The position numbers and the translations under genes were made by a program. Positions 27,782 through 36,759 of a stretch of DNA of 64,000 nucleotides are shown one piece after another. Origin of the DNA: Candidatus Sungbacteria bacterium RIFCSPLOWO2_01_FULL_47_32. Its GTDB lineage: Bacteria; Patescibacteriota; Minisyncoccia; Sungbacterales; GWA2-42-14. Location of the stretch: NCBI GenBank assembly GCA_001820685.1, contig MHQP01000018.1:13881-77880 (forward strand), read 5' to 3'. How positions within the stretch are numbered: the stretch's first letter is position 1; each line of letters starts with the position of its first letter. Below the pieces are notes generated by a model. It saw only the letters and a program-made list of their open reading frames with translations, was not told where the DNA came from and did not search any database.

Positions 27782-28954
27782 TTGAATATGCCGGCATTCG
27801 CAAAAAAATTTTTAATAGCTCTTACGCTTCTTTTTGTTGCGCTTGGAACCTGGTATGCCGCGGAATTGCGTCCGAAACTTTCGTCCGTGACCCCTCATCC
27901 GTCCCATTCCGCTCCGATCTCTCCCACTCCACCACCCTCTGCTCCTGTTGGCAGCCCAACCTCTAAACTCGTTTTACCGCCGGAAAAGAGGGAAGTACCC
28001 ATACTCGCAAAAAAACGAGAAGTAAGCACTTCGACTCCGCTCCGCGCTCTTCCCGCTCTGAAGTCGGAACCGACGGGAGTTTTAACCAAAGACGGAGATA
28101 TTCGTTTTACGAACGAAGAACGCGCCAAGGCGAAGATTGCTTTGCTTTCAGAGTCGGAAATTCTTGACGGTGCTGCCGAAGAAAAAGTTGAGGATATGTT
28201 CGCGCGCCAGTATTTTGAACACGTCTCGCCCGCTGGTGTCGGTATGGCAAACCTTGTCGAAAAGGACGGCTACGATTATATCGCCGTCGGGGAAAATCTC
28301 GCTCTTGGAAATTTTTCCGATGATCATGCCCTTGTTCAGGCGTGGATGAACTCTCCCGGGCATCGGGCGAATATTTTAAACCCTCGTTACCGCGATATCG
28401 GAGTTGCCGTGCGGCACGGTGTGTTTGAAGGAAGAGAAGTGTGGCTTGCGGTGCAAGCCTTCGGAAAAAACGCTTCAGCGTGCCCCACAGTCGATAAAAC
28501 GGCGTCTTCAAGCATTACCCTCAAGCAATCCGAGCTTTCCATGCTTCAGCCAAAGCTTTCCACACTAAAAGAGGGGATTACGGCGCTCGGGACGACCCAA
28601 AAGGGAATTGTGGCAGAGATAGAAACGCTTGCGGCCCAGGGGAACGACCTGGTCAGCCGCGGAAACGCCAAGATTGAGAAAGGGAATGAGGTGTATCAGA
28701 CGAGCGGCTCCAAAGAAAAAGCGAGTTCGTATTGGAATGACGGCGAAAACTTGCAACATGAAGGACAGAAAATATTTGACCAGGTAAAACAAAGACAAAG
28801 TGATCTCGAAACTCTTTCCTCAAACATTGAAAAACTTATTAAATCATATAATATGCTCATTAGTGAAGCGTCTCTGGCATATCAGGCGGTATCTGACATG
28901 ACAAAGCGTTACAACGCGTCAGTGCAGGCTTTTAACGCCTGCTTGGATTCCTAA
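27782..28954 (+). CDS. membrane-anchored CAP/SCP/PR1-like domain protein with C-terminal coiled coil
   Basis: YkwD-like CAP domain (ARQYFEHVSP...GENLA...HALVQAWMNSPGHRANILNPRYRDIGVAV). N-terminal TM helix; about 150-aa helical C-terminal region. Confidence 0.7.
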   Translation: MNMPAFAKKFLIALTLLFVALGTWYAAELRPKLSSVTPHPSHSAPISPTPPPSAPVGSPTSKLVLPPEKREVPILAKKREVSTSTPLRALPALKSEPTGVLTKDGDIRFTNEERAKAKIALLSESEILDGAAEEKVEDMFARQYFEHVSPAGVGMANLVEKDGYDYIAVGENLALGNFSDDHALVQAWMNSPGHRANILNPRYRDIGVAVRHGVFEGREVWLAVQAFGKNASACPTVDKTASSSITLKQSELSMLQPKLSTLKEGITALGTTQKGIVAEIETLAAQGNDLVSRGNAKIEKGNEVYQTSGSKEKASSYWNDGENLQHEGQKIFDQVKQRQSDLETLSSNIEKLIKSYNMLISEASLAYQAVSDMTKRYNASVQAFNACLDS

Positions 28955-28966
28955 ATATTAAACCAT

Positions 28967-29290
28967 ATGGAGGAAATATCTTTCGAAGAATTCAAAAGGG
29001 TTGAACTCCGGGTCGCGCGCATCCGCGAAGCGAGCCGCGTTGAGGGTTCGGAAAAGCTTTTGAAGCTTTCAGTTGAACTTGGCGCCGAAAAAAGACAGAT
29101 CATTGCCGGTATCGGCAAGGCATATTCTCCGGAGGAGATCATCGGGAAGGAAATAGTTGTCGTCGCAAACCTTGCGCCTCGTATGCTTATGGGCCATGAG
29201 TCTCAAGGAATGCTTCTCTGTGCGGATGCCGAGCTTCCTGTTTTGCTCGCGCCGTCCCGCGAGGTTTTGCCTGGAAGCAGTATTCTGTGA
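28967..29290 (+). CDS. tRNA-binding protein (CsaA/Trbp111, OB-fold EMAP-type domain)
   Basis: FKRVELRVARI...KLLKLSVELGAEKRQIIAGI...IVVVANLAPRMLMGHESQGMLL matches the tRNA-binding domain of MetRS C-terminus/CsaA. Confidence 0.7.
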   Translation: MEEISFEEFKRVELRVARIREASRVEGSEKLLKLSVELGAEKRQIIAGIGKAYSPEEIIGKEIVVVANLAPRMLMGHESQGMLLCADAELPVLLAPSREVLPGSSIL

Positions 29291-29297
29291 AAAATCC

Positions 29298-29573
29298 ATG
29301 GAAGCCCTTATTTCAATAAAAATTCCTGGCAGTATTTCCCGGATAGAGCTTGAAAAAAAACTGAAAAAAATTGCTCGCGCTGACACCACTTTGCTTGTCG
29401 AGGCGTGTGACGCTTACGGTCGCCGGATATTCATCGCTGGAGTCGGAAAACATATGGCAGAATTGCTGAAGGACCGTAAAACACTTTTCAGCCTTTCTCC
29501 GCCGTTACGTTGTTTCGATATCCGGGAGGTTATGCGTATGTATAAAAAATATGCGAAAAAAAAGCATCGATAA
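29298..29573 (+). CDS. hypothetical 92-aa protein, possible SIS-domain N-terminal fragment
   Basis: LLVEACDAYGRRIFIAGVGKHMAELLKDR resembles the start of sugar-isomerase (SIS) domains, but the protein is half the length; overlaps the NUDIX start by 23 nt. Confidence 0.3.
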   Translation: MEALISIKIPGSISRIELEKKLKKIARADTTLLVEACDAYGRRIFIAGVGKHMAELLKDRKTLFSLSPPLRCFDIREVMRMYKKYAKKKHR

Positions 29574-29991
29574 AAACGAGATAGTAGCACGGGTCGTTGT
29601 CATAAGAAACGGCAGAATTCTCTTGTGCCGCCATAAAGGAAAGTTATACTTTTTTTTGCCGGGAGGGGAGGTTGAATTCGGAGAGCTTGCTAAAACGGCG
29701 GCAATCCGCGAAATGCGCGAGGAAACTGAAGGCATTTTCCATCCAAAACGGGTAATTGGCGCTGCTGAAAATATCTACGGCACAAGAGGTAACCGCCGCC
29801 ATGAGGTGAACGTTATATATGAAGGAACGCTTACGGGCAGCGGCATGTCCGTAGAATCGCACATTGAGTTCGTATGGGTGCCGCTTTTAAAATTCAAGAC
29901 TGCTTCGTTCATGCCAAAAACAATTAAAAAAGCCCTTTTGGCATGGTTTAAAAATAAAAAACCTTTCTGGGAAGAAGAAAATAATCTTTGA
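29551..29991 (+). CDS. NUDIX hydrolase
   Basis: Nudix box GGEVEFGELAKTAAIREMREETEG. Confidence 0.8.
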   Translation: MRKKSIDKNEIVARVVVIRNGRILLCRHKGKLYFFLPGGEVEFGELAKTAAIREMREETEGIFHPKRVIGAAENIYGTRGNRRHEVNVIYEGTLTGSGMSVESHIEFVWVPLLKFKTASFMPKTIKKALLAWFKNKKPFWEEENNL

Positions 29992-29992
29992 T

Positions 29993-31063
29993 ATGCGTCG
30001 CACTATGAAGAAAAAAAATGTGCTCGTTCTCATGGGCGGTCCCTCGCCTGAACATGATGTTTCTCTCAATACCGGCCGCGAAATACTTAAAGCTCTTGAC
30101 CGTAAAAAATATGTGGCGCACCCCGTAACCGTCACGAAAGAAGGGATGTGGCTTCTTTCGAACGCTGCGCGCGTTCATAATCAGGGAGGGCATTCGCTTA
30201 AAAAAAGAACTGCATTAACACTTCAACCTGCTCATAATAAAAATTCTTTTCCGATAAAAAATATCGATGTTGCGTTCATTGCAATGCACGGACGCTTCGG
30301 CGAGGATGGCACCGTGCAGGCTCTTCTCGAGACATTCGGAATCCCTTACACGGGCTCCGGAGTTCTTGCAAGCGCTCTTGGGATGGATAAACCCCGCTCG
30401 CTTTTGATATTCCGGCAGGCCGGCCTTTCAGCTCCTGACTTTTGCGTGTTTTCCAAGGATGACTGGAAAAAAAGAAGATCGGCCGTGCTTTCAAAAATTT
30501 TGAGAAGCTTTCGGTTTCCATTTATCACAAAACCGGCCGATGCGGGTTCGAGTGTCGGAGTTGCTATTATAAAGAAAAAGAGCGAATTACGGCATGCCAT
30601 TTTGTCCGCTTTCCGCCACTCAAATACGATCATGGCGCAGGTATTCGTAAAAGGAAAGGAACTTACCTGCGGAGTTCTTGAAAATAGGAACGGAGAGCTT
30701 GAAGCGCTTATGCCAACCGAAATTATTCCGAGGGCTGGTGTTTTTTATGATTACTCTTCGAAATACGGCGATGGGGGAAGCACCCATCTTATCCCGCCGA
30801 AAAATATGTCTCCGTCCGTCATCGGCAGAATACAAGCGGCGGCATGCATTGCCCACCGGGCCCTCGGATGCAGAGGTTTTTCTCGTACCGATTTTATTCT
30901 TGCTTCCAACGGAACTCTTTTCGTGCTCGAGTTAAACACCATTCCTGGCATGACGCAAACAAGCCTCTTGCCCGAAGCGGCTAAAGCTGCCGGCATTTCA
31001 TTTACCGCACTTCTTGACCGAATCCTTGAGACTGCGGAAAAGAAAGGAAAACAAGGCGTTTAA
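29993..31063 (+). CDS. ddl: D-alanine--D-alanine ligase
   Basis: ATP-grasp Ddl layout: N-domain VLVLMGGPSPEHDVSLNTG and C-terminal LELNTIPGMT. Confidence 0.9.
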   Translation: MRRTMKKKNVLVLMGGPSPEHDVSLNTGREILKALDRKKYVAHPVTVTKEGMWLLSNAARVHNQGGHSLKKRTALTLQPAHNKNSFPIKNIDVAFIAMHGRFGEDGTVQALLETFGIPYTGSGVLASALGMDKPRSLLIFRQAGLSAPDFCVFSKDDWKKRRSAVLSKILRSFRFPFITKPADAGSSVGVAIIKKKSELRHAILSAFRHSNTIMAQVFVKGKELTCGVLENRNGELEALMPTEIIPRAGVFYDYSSKYGDGGSTHLIPPKNMSPSVIGRIQAAACIAHRALGCRGFSRTDFILASNGTLFVLELNTIPGMTQTSLLPEAAKAAGISFTALLDRILETAEKKGKQGV

Positions 31064-31180
31064 TCCATTTTTTAAAATTGCTTGGAAAGCCCATAATTTT
31101 GGCTTTTTTTTGTCTTTACATCTGGCTTTTGCAGTTTTTCCACATAGTATATCAGGCCCTGTTTCTGATATACTGTATGC

Positions 31181-32785
31181 ATGTTCGACTCTCGCATTAT
31201 AGCCCTTGGGGTCATATCATTCGTCATGCTGTGGTTTGCCGCCATGACGTACCAAAGAGATAGAAAGAACCTTGCGTTCGCTTTTCTTTTAAGTTCAATC
31301 GGCCTTTGGGCGCTTGTTATCGGCGGTCTTTTTCTTTCGAGCGAAGGATATTCAAGCGACTTTTTAGGGCGCTTGAGCTACGTTTTTGGGAGCTCAATCG
31401 CGGTGCTTTTTTGCCTTTTTGCGCTTCGCCACACAGGAAAGAAGCTCGACGTCGCAGGATATTTTATTCTTTTCTTTCCGTTAGCGCTCATCATCCTGCT
31501 TGACCTTTTCACAAATTTTTTCATACGAGATGTTTTTGTTGTTGGAGAGGCAAGGGGTTTCCTATATGGCGACCTTCGGTTCTTTCTTGATGCCCACTTT
31601 GTGCTTTATTTTGGGGCAGGTTTTTTCTTTTTCACCCGCTATATTCAAAAGGAAACCGAGCCCGCAAAAAAACAGCAGTACCTGTTTATTACCGCAGGGA
31701 CGATTGTTGGGGTGGCACTCTCTGCCGCGACGAATATCATTCTTCCGCTCTACGGCAGATTTGATCTTCTCTGGGCCGGTCCGGTCGGAGCCGGCGTATG
31801 GGCGTCAATTCTTGCGTATTCCGTTCTGCGTGATGACCTTGTAAATATCCGCGTCATCACAACCCAGATGTTCGTCAGCGTTTTCCTGCTTATTTACTTC
31901 ATCCATATTTTTGAGTTCCATACTTCCGAACAGCTTGCGCTCAACCTCTTCATTTTTGGCATTACCGCTGCTCTCGGCTTTTTCCTCATGCAAAGCGTGA
32001 TACACGAGGTCAGACAGCGTGAAGACCTTTTGGCGTTAAGCGCGAAGCTGCAGCACGCGAACGATGACCTCAAAAAACTCGACGAATCGAAGTCGGAATT
32101 TATCACAATCGCCTCCCATCAGATGCGGACACCCCTCTCAACAAGCAAGGGGTACATTTCCATCCTCATGGAGGGAACATTCGGAAAACTTTCCGCAGGG
32201 CAAATCGAGGCGCTTCATAAAATTTATGTTACGAATGAGCGTCTTATCAAGCTTATTGACGACCTTCTTTCGCTTTCACGCATTGAAGCCGGGAAAATAT
32301 TGTATGATTTCAAGAGGACCGATCTTGTTCAAGCCGTAAAGGAAGTTGTCGAAGAATCCGCCCCCATTACCGAAAAAAAACACCTTCGCATTATTGTAAC
32401 CATGCCGTCGTTTCCGGCCCCCTATGTGCTGGCGGATGTGGATAAAATACACCAAGTTATCCTGAATCTTCTTGACAACGCCCTCCGCTACACCGACCGA
32501 GGAGGCGCCGAGATACGATTTTATCAGACAAATATTGACGAAAAACCCTATTTGGGTATGATAGTTGAGGATAGCGGACGCGGCATCGACCCGGAAGATC
32601 TGGCTCATTTATTCACAAAATTTACCCGTTCCGAACGCACACGGAAGCTCTATACCGAGGGCTCCGGTCTCGGGCTGTATGTGGCAAAAAAGGTCATCGA
32701 AGACCATAATGGCAGGATTTATGCAACATCTGGCGGAGTCGGGAAAGGAAGCTCATTTTTTGTCGAGTTGCCCATCGTAGAATAA
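31181..32785 (+). CDS. sensor histidine kinase with multi-TM N-terminal sensor domain (no adjacent response regulator)
   Basis: About 7 TM helices, then HisKA (ITIASHQMRTPLSTSKGYI) and HATPase_c (GSGLGLYVAKKVIEDHNGRIYA). Confidence 0.85.
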   Translation: MFDSRIIALGVISFVMLWFAAMTYQRDRKNLAFAFLLSSIGLWALVIGGLFLSSEGYSSDFLGRLSYVFGSSIAVLFCLFALRHTGKKLDVAGYFILFFPLALIILLDLFTNFFIRDVFVVGEARGFLYGDLRFFLDAHFVLYFGAGFFFFTRYIQKETEPAKKQQYLFITAGTIVGVALSAATNIILPLYGRFDLLWAGPVGAGVWASILAYSVLRDDLVNIRVITTQMFVSVFLLIYFIHIFEFHTSEQLALNLFIFGITAALGFFLMQSVIHEVRQREDLLALSAKLQHANDDLKKLDESKSEFITIASHQMRTPLSTSKGYISILMEGTFGKLSAGQIEALHKIYVTNERLIKLIDDLLSLSRIEAGKILYDFKRTDLVQAVKEVVEESAPITEKKHLRIIVTMPSFPAPYVLADVDKIHQVILNLLDNALRYTDRGGAEIRFYQTNIDEKPYLGMIVEDSGRGIDPEDLAHLFTKFTRSERTRKLYTEGSGLGLYVAKKVIEDHNGRIYATSGGVGKGSSFFVELPIVE

Positions 32786-32861
32786 TTGCAGTGCAAATAA
32801 TGCGAATTACATGCGAACGCCGCGAGTGAAGTATTTGTAGCATTCGCGCTCATTCGTAGAT

Positions 32862-34259
32862 TTGCATTTTTTTATGGAACGAACTCTTATCAAAGATACG
32901 CCGCGCTCCGCAAGCAGCACTGTTCTCGTAAAAGGCTGGGTCCATGCGCGGCGCGATCACGGAAAAATAATCTTCATCGACCTTCGAGACCGAACCGGTT
33001 TTTTGCAAATTGTTTTTATTCCAAAAAATAAGGACGTCTATGATATCGCAACTACTCTCCGGTCGGAATGGGTAATAGAAATATCAGGAACAGTCGGGAT
33101 GCGACCGAAGGGCATGGAAAATCCTGAACTTGAAACAGGGACCGTTGAAATGCTTGCCGAAAACATCACGGTTCTCAACGAGGCAAAAACGCCGCCGTTT
33201 GCCCTTGATACCTCGGGGCTGGAAATAGGGGAGGAGCATCGGCTTACGTACCGGTATCTTGACTTGAGGCGGGCGCGCATGCAGAAAAACCTTAGGCTTC
33301 GCCATAAAGTTGTTCTTTTTTTTCGAAACTATCTTTCACACCTCGGTTTTGTCGAGGTTGAAACTCCCATTCTTACGAAAGGAACGCCCGAAGGCGCGAG
33401 AGAATTTCTCGTACCATCTCGGCTTCACCCAAAAAATTTTTATGTTCTCCCGCAATCCCCGCAGCAGTTCAAACAGCTTCTCATGGTCGCTGGGCTTGAA
33501 CGCTATTTTCAGATCGCACGCGCGTTCCGTGATGAAGACCAGCGGGGCGACCGCCAGCCGGAATTTACCCAGCTTGATATTGAGATGAGTTTTATAACAC
33601 AGGAAGACATTCTCAAGCTCGGGGAGGAACTCATGACAGAAATGGTAAAAGCAATTTGTCCCGATAAGACCATAACTGAAGTGCCGTGGCCTCGTCTTAC
33701 ATATAAAGAGACTCTTGAAAAATACGGAACGGATAAGCCAGACCTGCGCAAAAACAGGAACAACCCGAATGAACTCGCGTTCGCCTGGGTAGTGGACTTT
33801 CCGATGTTTGAAAAACTCGAAGACGGCTCTATCGGCGCGATGCACCATCCGTTTACTACACCCAATCCGGACGACATTAAGTTTCTTGATTCGGACCCGG
33901 AGAAAGCGCGGGCATGGGCATACGATATCGTTTTGAACGGATATGAAATTTCTTCGGGAAGCATCCGGATCCATACGCGGGACCTTCAAAAGCGCATCTT
34001 CCAAATCCTCGGTCTCAAAGACGCTGAAATTCAGGAGAAATTCGGCCATATGCTTGAAGCATTTGAATACGGTGCGCCTCCGCATGGCGGTTTTGCGCCC
34101 GGACTCGACCGCATTGTTATGATACTTGCAGGCGAGCCGAACATCCGGGAAGTCATGGCATTTCCAAAAACAGGGGATGCGCGCGACCTTATGATGGGCG
34201 CCCCTTCGCCGGTTGATGCGAAAAGCCTCAAAGAAGCTCATATTAGACTTGGTGAATAA
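32862..34259 (+). CDS. aspS: aspartyl-tRNA synthetase, archaeal/eukaryotic-type (class IIb)
   Basis: OB-fold anticodon-binding domain then class II motifs (FREFLVPSRL, GLDRIVMIL); about 460 aa with no GAD insertion. Start may be the Met at 32874. Confidence 0.9.
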   Translation: MHFFMERTLIKDTPRSASSTVLVKGWVHARRDHGKIIFIDLRDRTGFLQIVFIPKNKDVYDIATTLRSEWVIEISGTVGMRPKGMENPELETGTVEMLAENITVLNEAKTPPFALDTSGLEIGEEHRLTYRYLDLRRARMQKNLRLRHKVVLFFRNYLSHLGFVEVETPILTKGTPEGAREFLVPSRLHPKNFYVLPQSPQQFKQLLMVAGLERYFQIARAFRDEDQRGDRQPEFTQLDIEMSFITQEDILKLGEELMTEMVKAICPDKTITEVPWPRLTYKETLEKYGTDKPDLRKNRNNPNELAFAWVVDFPMFEKLEDGSIGAMHHPFTTPNPDDIKFLDSDPEKARAWAYDIVLNGYEISSGSIRIHTRDLQKRIFQILGLKDAEIQEKFGHMLEAFEYGAPPHGGFAPGLDRIVMILAGEPNIREVMAFPKTGDARDLMMGAPSPVDAKSLKEAHIRLGE

Positions 34260-34262
34260 TAT

Positions 34263-34964
34263 ATGGCGTTCACGGTGAAGCAGGAACAATTCGAGGGTCC
34301 GCTTGATATTTTGCTCGAGTTTATCGAGAAGGAGAAGCTTTCCATAAATCAGATATCGCTTGCTTCTGTCGCAGATGAGTACGTCCGATTCGTAAAAACA
34401 CTTACCGCTATCGACCGCGAAGAACTTGCCGAGTTCCTTGTTGTTGCGGCCCAGCTCGTTTTGATAAAGTCTCGTTCGCTCCTTCCTAACACAGCCCTTT
34501 CGGAAGAAGAGGAGGTTTCCATTGAAGAGCTCGAACGAAGGCTTGCGGAACATAAGCGCCTAAAAGAGCTTTCTCAAAGTCTGCAGGGCCTTGCCGGAGC
34601 AAACAGGCACATGTATACGCGCGAATTTTACAGCGGTTTCGAATCGGTATTCTATCCGCCTAAAAAAGTTACTGCCGGCCTTTTGAAGAAGGTATTTAAC
34701 GAGATACTGCAGGCTATTCCAAAAATAGAGAAACTTGCGGAAGAAAAAATTAAGAAGATTATAACGCTGGAAGAAAAGATAGGCGACCTCAAAAGAATCC
34801 TCGAGAATAAAGTTGAACGGATATTTTCCGATATTGTATCGAAAAGTTCCGACAAAATCGAGATCATTGTAAGTTTTCTTGCGATACTCGAACTTGCGCG
34901 CCAGCAGATTGTGTCACTTGATCAGGAAACTCTTTTTGGGGATATTAAAATTAAAAAAGATTAG
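34263..34964 (+). CDS. scpA: segregation and condensation protein A
   Basis: FEGPLDILLEFIEKEKLSINQISLASVADEY N-terminus typical of ScpA. Confidence 0.85.
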   Translation: MAFTVKQEQFEGPLDILLEFIEKEKLSINQISLASVADEYVRFVKTLTAIDREELAEFLVVAAQLVLIKSRSLLPNTALSEEEEVSIEELERRLAEHKRLKELSQSLQGLAGANRHMYTREFYSGFESVFYPPKKVTAGLLKKVFNEILQAIPKIEKLAEEKIKKIITLEEKIGDLKRILENKVERIFSDIVSKSSDKIEIIVSFLAILELARQQIVSLDQETLFGDIKIKKD

Positions 34965-34978
34965 AGACCGCGCCGGCC

Positions 34979-35728
34979 ATGCCAAATTTGAAAAGTAAAA
35001 TCGAATCAATCCTTTTTGTTTCCGGAGAAGCACTTGCTCCGAAAAAAATTGCGCGCGTTCTCGGCGAGTCAACAGAGGCCGTCCTCGAAGCTCTGAAAGA
35101 ATTGAAAAAGGACTACGAAGGGCGCGGATTTGTTATGCTCGAGAACGGCAACGAGTGGCAGATAGGCACGGCACCAGAAAATTCCGCCGTCGTTGAAGAG
35201 CTTGTGAAATCAGAATTTACGGAAGACCTTACCCGCGCGACACTCGAAACCCTCACTATTATCGCCTATAAGGGTCCGGCCACCCGCGCCCAAGTAGAAT
35301 TTGTTCGAGGTGTAAATTCTTCATTTACAATCCGCAATCTCATGGTGCGCGGCCTTATTGAACGCATTGATAACCCAAAGGACTCCAGGTCGTATCTTTA
35401 CCGGACAAGTTTTGATTTTCTGAAATTTCTCGGTCTTTCATCCGTTAAAGACCTGCCTTCCTATGATGAATTCCGGATACGTGCCGACGAGGTTCTGGCA
35501 GAAACGGTTCCGGAAATAGCCGCAACATTGACAGCGGAAGAGTTACCGGCTTCCCGGGCAAAAGCGCCGACACCCCATGAAACTGCTTTGGCGGCTGATG
35601 ATGAATTTTTGCCGGACGATGGAAATGATGATGACCTTGACGAAGAGGACGACGAAAATGCGGAGGAAGATGCCGGCGGCGATGAGAATGAGAGCAACAA
35701 GAGAGAAGAAGACGACGACGCCGCATAA
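34979..35728 (+). CDS. scpB: segregation and condensation protein B with poly-acidic C-terminal tail
   Basis: KIESILFVSGEAL...winged-helix ScpB core, plus an about 45-aa Asp/Glu-rich tail (DDEFLPDDGNDDDLDEEDDENAEEDAGGDENE...). Confidence 0.85.
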   Translation: MPNLKSKIESILFVSGEALAPKKIARVLGESTEAVLEALKELKKDYEGRGFVMLENGNEWQIGTAPENSAVVEELVKSEFTEDLTRATLETLTIIAYKGPATRAQVEFVRGVNSSFTIRNLMVRGLIERIDNPKDSRSYLYRTSFDFLKFLGLSSVKDLPSYDEFRIRADEVLAETVPEIAATLTAEELPASRAKAPTPHETALAADDEFLPDDGNDDDLDEEDDENAEEDAGGDENESNKREEDDDAA

Positions 35729-35748
35729 TAAGCGTTTGTAAATACGTA

Positions 35749-36705
35749 ATGTACACCGGCGAAATATTTCAAAAGCATGTTTTAACGCTTTCAGCCCTTA
35801 TTGGAGCCGCTCTTTTTGCTTCTCTTTTTGCGGCACGCTTGCCCTCAACCAACGAAACGGCGAACGCGAATGAGGCTCTTTCCGAAGAAGAAATCCTTCA
35901 AAAACCAGACGCTCCGGTTCCTCCCACGCTTTCCGCGTTTGCCATATTTATTATGCGCGAAAAAACAGGGCAGGTGTTCTTTTCAAAAAACGAGACAAAT
36001 CCGCTTCCTATCGCAAGCATTACGAAGCTCATGACCGCAAGCCTGGCTCTTGAATATTTAGACCTGTTTGACCGGGTCCTTCTCACGGCAGATGCAAGAA
36101 AAAATTATGATACAGGAGAAAAACTAAGCAAGGTTCCGGCCGGGGAAACATTTAAAATGGAAGACGCTCTGAAGCTTGCTGTTATAAGTTCGGATAACGA
36201 CATTGCGCGAGCCCTCGCTGAAGCTGCAGTTGCTAAAGCACGCCCCGAACTTTTTTCATCGCCATTTGCGGAACGAATGCGGATGTTCACAGAACTTATG
36301 AACCGGAAACGCGAAGAAATCGGCATGGCCGACTCGCATTTTGACAACCCGACCGGTATCGACTCTTCCGAAAATTATTCAACAGCACGCGACCTTGGCC
36401 GCCTTGCATCATTTATTTACCGCACCCATCCGCGCATATGGGACGTCTCCCGCATTGCAAAAACCGATGTGTTTTCTGTCGGCGGTAATCGGTATGAGGC
36501 GATCACGACAAATCCTTTGCTTGAAGAATTTCCCGACATCGTCGGAACAAAGACCGGCTCAACCGATGGAGCAAAAGAGTCTCTCGTGCTTGTGTATAAT
36601 GTTAAAACAGGAGAGCCGATTGTTATAGTCGTCCTTCGATCTGATAACCGCCTAAGGGATGCGCGGACACTCATCGACTGGCTTCAGAACGCGTATAAAT
36701 TTTAA
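35749..36705 (+). CDS. D-alanyl-D-alanine carboxypeptidase (S11, PBP5/DacA-like)
   Basis: SxxK (SITKLM), SxN (SSDND) and KTG (KTGST) active-site motifs; signal peptide. Confidence 0.8.
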   Translation: MYTGEIFQKHVLTLSALIGAALFASLFAARLPSTNETANANEALSEEEILQKPDAPVPPTLSAFAIFIMREKTGQVFFSKNETNPLPIASITKLMTASLALEYLDLFDRVLLTADARKNYDTGEKLSKVPAGETFKMEDALKLAVISSDNDIARALAEAAVAKARPELFSSPFAERMRMFTELMNRKREEIGMADSHFDNPTGIDSSENYSTARDLGRLASFIYRTHPRIWDVSRIAKTDVFSVGGNRYEAITTNPLLEEFPDIVGTKTGSTDGAKESLVLVYNVKTGEPIVIVVLRSDNRLRDARTLIDWLQNAYKF

Positions 36706-36759
36706 TTCTTCAAAATCGTAAAGCAGACAAACTCTGCTTGTATTTTTTAAAGCAATCAC

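Noticed and set aside
29157-29573. 138-aa ORF starting inside the csaA gene
   Set aside because: The first 47 codons overlap csaA in another frame and look like Cys/Phe/Arg-rich noise. Only the part from ATG 29298 is plausible, and it is reported separately.
33336-34553. 405-aa ORF on the minus strand
   Set aside because: It lies entirely antisense within aspS (32862-34259) and scpA. Its composition is Arg/Phe/Lys-rich in a nonsense-like pattern, and aspS motifs are unambiguous on the + strand.
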